From NCBI GenBank assembly GCA_021162685.1, contig JAGGYF010000021.1, forward strand, positions 1 to 64,000: a stretch of DNA of 64,000 nucleotides, given 5' to 3'. The notes under the pieces were generated by a model that had not been told where the DNA came from, did not search any database, and saw nothing but the letters and a program-made list of their open reading frames with translations. This DNA is from Candidatus Iainarchaeum sp. Its GTDB lineage: Archaea > B1Sed10-29 > WALL01. The position numbers were made by a program, and so were the translations under genes. Below, one piece after another: positions 60,715 to 64,000 of this stretch (positions are counted from its first letter, which is position 1; every line of letters starts with the position of its first letter).

Positions 60715-60825
60715 TTATCTCTTTTTTCTGAACTTAGAAAGAGACTCCAGGAGGGGATAGGTATACACAGAATACCATTTCTTCTTTTTCTTCTCCTTTT
60801 CCTTCTTGGCCTTTTTCCTTGGCAT
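60715..60825 (-). CDS. 36-aa highly basic peptide (absent from ORF track)
   Basis: MPRKKAKKEKEKKKKKWYSVYTYPLLESLSKFRKKR; TTTTTAAA about 25 nt upstream. Confidence 0.45.
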   Translation of the reverse strand: MPRKKAKKEKEKKKKKWYSVYTYPLLESLSKFRKKR

Positions 60826-60899
60826 GTAATACATTATCTCTCCCCTATTTTAAAAAGGTTTCCAGTACCTGTTTAAATAACTAGGTCTATAATGTATGC

Positions 60900-61727
60900 A
60901 TGCAATTTGGAGGAAAGTGCTTTGGGAAGATGAGAGAGGTTGTAGTGCACAGGCCAGGATATGAATTCAAAATCATTACAGACCCACAAAAGTGGGGTTT
61001 TGCTGGAAAGCCTCATCTGGAGACATCCCAGAAGGAGCATGACCTTCGTACAGATATTTTAAAGGGTGAAGGAGTTAATGTGCATTATATTGGAACAGAA
61101 GAGGCAACAAGCGCTAACCTTTTTATGACAAATGATTTAGGTGTTTGCACAAGTAAAGGTATAATCCTTGCGAACTTCAAATCAAGACACAGAAGGGGCG
61201 AAGAACTTTACCTACAACTCTTTGCAATGGAAAAAGATATCCCTGTTGTTGGGCAGATAAAAAATGAGGCATTTGAGGCAGGGGACCTTGTCACATTATC
61301 CGAAAAATTAATACTATGCGGGCTTGGAAGAACAACAATGGAAGGCATAAAACAACTCACACACTACTTAGATGTTGCAGTCATGCCTGTTGATATAAGC
61401 AAAGAGTACAAACATTTGAATAAAGTTTTCGCCATGGTTGACAGACAGCTTGCAGTAATATACAAAAAGGCATTTAATGCTTCATTTTTTGATTTTCTTC
61501 GCAGAAAGAACATAGAACTTGTACCAATATATGAAGAGGAGCAGGCACTCATGGCTGCAAATGTGCTTACATTAGAAGCAGGAAAGGTAGTAATGGTGGA
61601 TGCTGCGCCAAGAGCAAGGAGGGAGTTAGAAAAGAGAGGTGTTGATGTGATAACAACTGATATGCGAGAATTATCAAAGGGTGACTGTGGTCCCCGTTCT
61701 CTAGTTCTCACGCTGTACAGAAGTTAG
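60900..61727 (+). CDS. amidinotransferase/arginine deiminase-fold (pentein) protein with altered active site
   Basis: LxEVVVHRP, EHD, RRGEE, FEAGD, ANVL, ELSKG..GPRS motifs. Confidence 0.8.
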   Translation: MQFGGKCFGKMREVVVHRPGYEFKIITDPQKWGFAGKPHLETSQKEHDLRTDILKGEGVNVHYIGTEEATSANLFMTNDLGVCTSKGIILANFKSRHRRGEELYLQLFAMEKDIPVVGQIKNEAFEAGDLVTLSEKLILCGLGRTTMEGIKQLTHYLDVAVMPVDISKEYKHLNKVFAMVDRQLAVIYKKAFNASFFDFLRRKNIELVPIYEEEQALMAANVLTLEAGKVVMVDAAPRARRELEKRGVDVITTDMRELSKGDCGPRSLVLTLYRS

Positions 61728-61833
61728 GCAAACCGGTGTATAAGCCAGAAAGTTAGCAATATAAGAATCAACGAAACCGTAACAGGCAAAAGCATTGTTA
61801 AATCCATGCTAACCCTCTGGACGTGGCTAAACA

Positions 61834-62622
61834 TCAAGAAATAATTTCTTTTATCCTCCTTTTCTCCTCTTCTGTTAGGAGATTTAGATCAACATCCAAT
61901 TCCTCTGCCCACGGGCAGTGCACAACATTTTGGATAAATGGATAGAAATCATTTTCCTCTAGATTCAATACATTGGAAATACCTTTTTCATCTATCTCCT
62001 TTATTGCCAGGTTCCTCAAGCTCCCCTCGTGTGCCTTCCTCATATTTGTTGCTCCAACAACAACAGTCTTTATAAAGTCCTGCTCAACAACCTCGTTATA
62101 ATCTTTTCCTTTTAGTAAGTCCTTGACGACGCTCTCGTTCAAACCCAACTTTGACATAATGTCCTTTCTCTCTGCATTTCTTTCCAGAAGAATCCATTGT
62201 ACTGGTCTGTTCATATACACATAACTTGTGATTAGGGTATGGGCATCTTCTATGCCTCTTTCAAAAAGTTTGTTTTTATGTTCGGCAAGTTTTTCAACAA
62301 ATCTTTTAAACATGTTTTCCTCATCAATCGTAAAGTGTGTTTTATCTTTCAGCTCTATTACCTTATTGATCTCAGTAGGAGAGATGCCTGTTATCTCAGC
62401 AATCTCATTGACCCTACCAGCCATGCCTTCCAAAGACCTCCTTATACCTGGGTACCACCTATTCAGCAATTCACCAGCAAAAAGTGTTCTTGGCTTTTCA
62501 TTGATTTTATGCACAGCATATCCTAGACTTCTGAGATGGTTCTCCCAGTGCTCTGGAAACTCTTTTCCTCCTTTCATGAGGATAATACCAAAACGCTTTG
62601 ATTGCTTTAGTTGTTCTACCAT
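61834..62622 (-). CDS. divergent nucleoside-diphosphate-kinase-like protein
   Basis: IILMK, VGATN..A.EGSLR and NVVH motifs, with a long insertion. Confidence 0.5.
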   Translation of the reverse strand: MVEQLKQSKRFGIILMKGGKEFPEHWENHLRSLGYAVHKINEKPRTLFAGELLNRWYPGIRRSLEGMAGRVNEIAEITGISPTEINKVIELKDKTHFTIDEENMFKRFVEKLAEHKNKLFERGIEDAHTLITSYVYMNRPVQWILLERNAERKDIMSKLGLNESVVKDLLKGKDYNEVVEQDFIKTVVVGATNMRKAHEGSLRNLAIKEIDEKGISNVLNLEENDFYPFIQNVVHCPWAEELDVDLNLLTEEEKRRIKEIIS

Positions 62623-62751
62623 TGTGTCACCTGGGAAGCATCATCTACGCAAAAATCATTTAAAAACATTTTGTTTTCATACTTTTTCATACAGTATTAA
62701 ATATGAGAATTGTGCATTAACTATATGGCATTAATTTCGCGAGGTGGGTGT

Positions 62752-63846
62752 ATGAAAACAACTATAAGTGTGATAAAAGCAGATATCGGAGGCTTTCCTG
62801 GCCATGTTTCTGTGCATAAGGAATGTATGGAGATAGCAGATAAAGAACTTGGGGCTGCCAAGAATAATGGTCTGATAAATGATTACAGAATTATGCGCTG
62901 TGGTGATGACTTAGAACTTATTATGTCCCATACAAAAGGGATAAACAATGAGGAGATACATAAACTTGCTTGGGACACATTTATTAAGGCAACAGAAAAA
63001 GCAAAGTCTTTGAAGTTGTATGGTGCTGGGCAAGACCTACTTTCAGATTCCTTTTCAGGTAACGTGAAAGGAATGGGACCAGGTGTTGCTGAAATAGAAT
63101 TTGAGGAAAGGAAAAGTGACCCACTAATTATATTTATGGCTGATAAAACAGCACCGGGTGCGTGGAATCTCCCGTTATACAAAATCTTTGCTGATCCATT
63201 TAATACTGCTGGGTTAGTAATCGATCCCAAGATGCACGATGGTTTTGTTTTTGAGGTACATGATGTAATAGACAACAAAAGGATTGAATTAAAATGCCCA
63301 GAAGAGAGTTACGACCTACTTTCTCTAATCGGCGCAACGGACAGGTATTGCGTAAAGTCTGTCAAAAAGAAGAATGGCGAGATATGTTCCGTATCATCTA
63401 CTCAAAGACTCAATTTTATGGCAGGAAGATATATAGGAAAGGACGATCCAGTTTGCATTGTAAGAGCACAAAGCGGGTTTCCTGCTGTTGGTGAAGTCCT
63501 AGAACCATTTGCATTCCCATTCATGGTAAAAGGATGGATGAGAGGGAGTCATCATGGGCCATTCATGCCTGTGCCTTTTGAAAAAGCGAATCCATCAAGA
63601 TTTGATGGTCCTCCAAGAGTGATTGCTGCTGGATTTCAAGTTTCTAATGGAATGTTGATAGGGCCATCTGACCTATTTGATGACCCGAGTTTTGATAAGG
63701 CTAGGGCTGAAACAAATCTAATTGCCGATTATATAAGGAGGCACGGCCCATTTGAACCGCATAGGCTCCCAATGGATGAAATGGAGTATACAACCCTTCC
63801 AGGTGTATTGGAAAAACTAAAATCTAGGTTTGAGGTGATTGAATGA
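62752..63846 (+). CDS. fbp: fructose-1,6-bisphosphate aldolase/phosphatase
   Basis: [36 protein letters not shown] motifs. Confidence 0.97.
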   Translation: MKTTISVIKADIGGFPGHVSVHKECMEIADKELGAAKNNGLINDYRIMRCGDDLELIMSHTKGINNEEIHKLAWDTFIKATEKAKSLKLYGAGQDLLSDSFSGNVKGMGPGVAEIEFEERKSDPLIIFMADKTAPGAWNLPLYKIFADPFNTAGLVIDPKMHDGFVFEVHDVIDNKRIELKCPEESYDLLSLIGATDRYCVKSVKKKNGEICSVSSTQRLNFMAGRYIGKDDPVCIVRAQSGFPAVGEVLEPFAFPFMVKGWMRGSHHGPFMPVPFEKANPSRFDGPPRVIAAGFQVSNGMLIGPSDLFDDPSFDKARAETNLIADYIRRHGPFEPHRLPMDEMEYTTLPGVLEKLKSRFEVIE

Positions 63847-64000
63847 TAAAGGTTGGTGTGAACGGTTATGGTGTAATTGGGAAGAGGGTTGCATACGCTA
63901 TAACAAAGCAAGATGACATGGAACTTGTTGGAATAGCAAAAACGAAGCCAGACTTCAATGCTATGACTGCAATTGAAAAGAACCATGATGTCTACTGCTC
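63843..64000 (+). CDS. gap: archaeal type II GAPDH (5' part, truncated by window end)
   Basis: [25 protein letters not shown]. Confidence 0.93.
   Translation, partial: MIKVGVNGYGVIGKRVAYAITKQDDMELVGIAKTKPDFNAMTAIEKNHDVYC

Noticed and set aside
61724-61834. 36-aa hydrophobic ORF coupled to the NDK-like gene stop
   Set aside because: A plausible small membrane peptide, but too short to support without conservation data

Overview
Archaeal genomic DNA, most likely from a small-genome DPANN-type, thermophilic lineage. This is an inference from the gene set, GGTGA ribosome-binding sites, a branched-polyamine synthase and a bacterial-type GpmI. The first ~22 kb is a mosaic accessory/defence region. 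It holds the trailer end of a CRISPR array (37-bp repeat) next to a CARF-HEPN gene, two AbiEi-type genes each beside a toxin-class enzyme (Fic, AbiEii) carrying the same IS1634-like N-terminal beta-sheet module, operator-like inverted repeats, surface lipoproteins, and a ~0.7-kb non-coding block of TGTAG-core repeats. From ~22 kb onward it is mostly housekeeping: ftsZ, SRP RNA, bpsA, intein-containing DNA ligase, Alba, AspRS, pdaD, gpmI, eno, thermosome, nadE, a complete A-type ATP synthase operon, fbp and gap. The best leads are (1) the shared beta-sheet module/TGTAGTG-operator/AbiE-Fic architecture, (2) a four-hairpin ATP synthase c subunit with three ion sites built by recent internal duplication, (3) a pentameric ligand-gated channel with a nicotinic-receptor-like pore helix, and (4) spacers antisense to ribosome-binding sites. 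All family calls come from motif recognition by eye; no searches were run.
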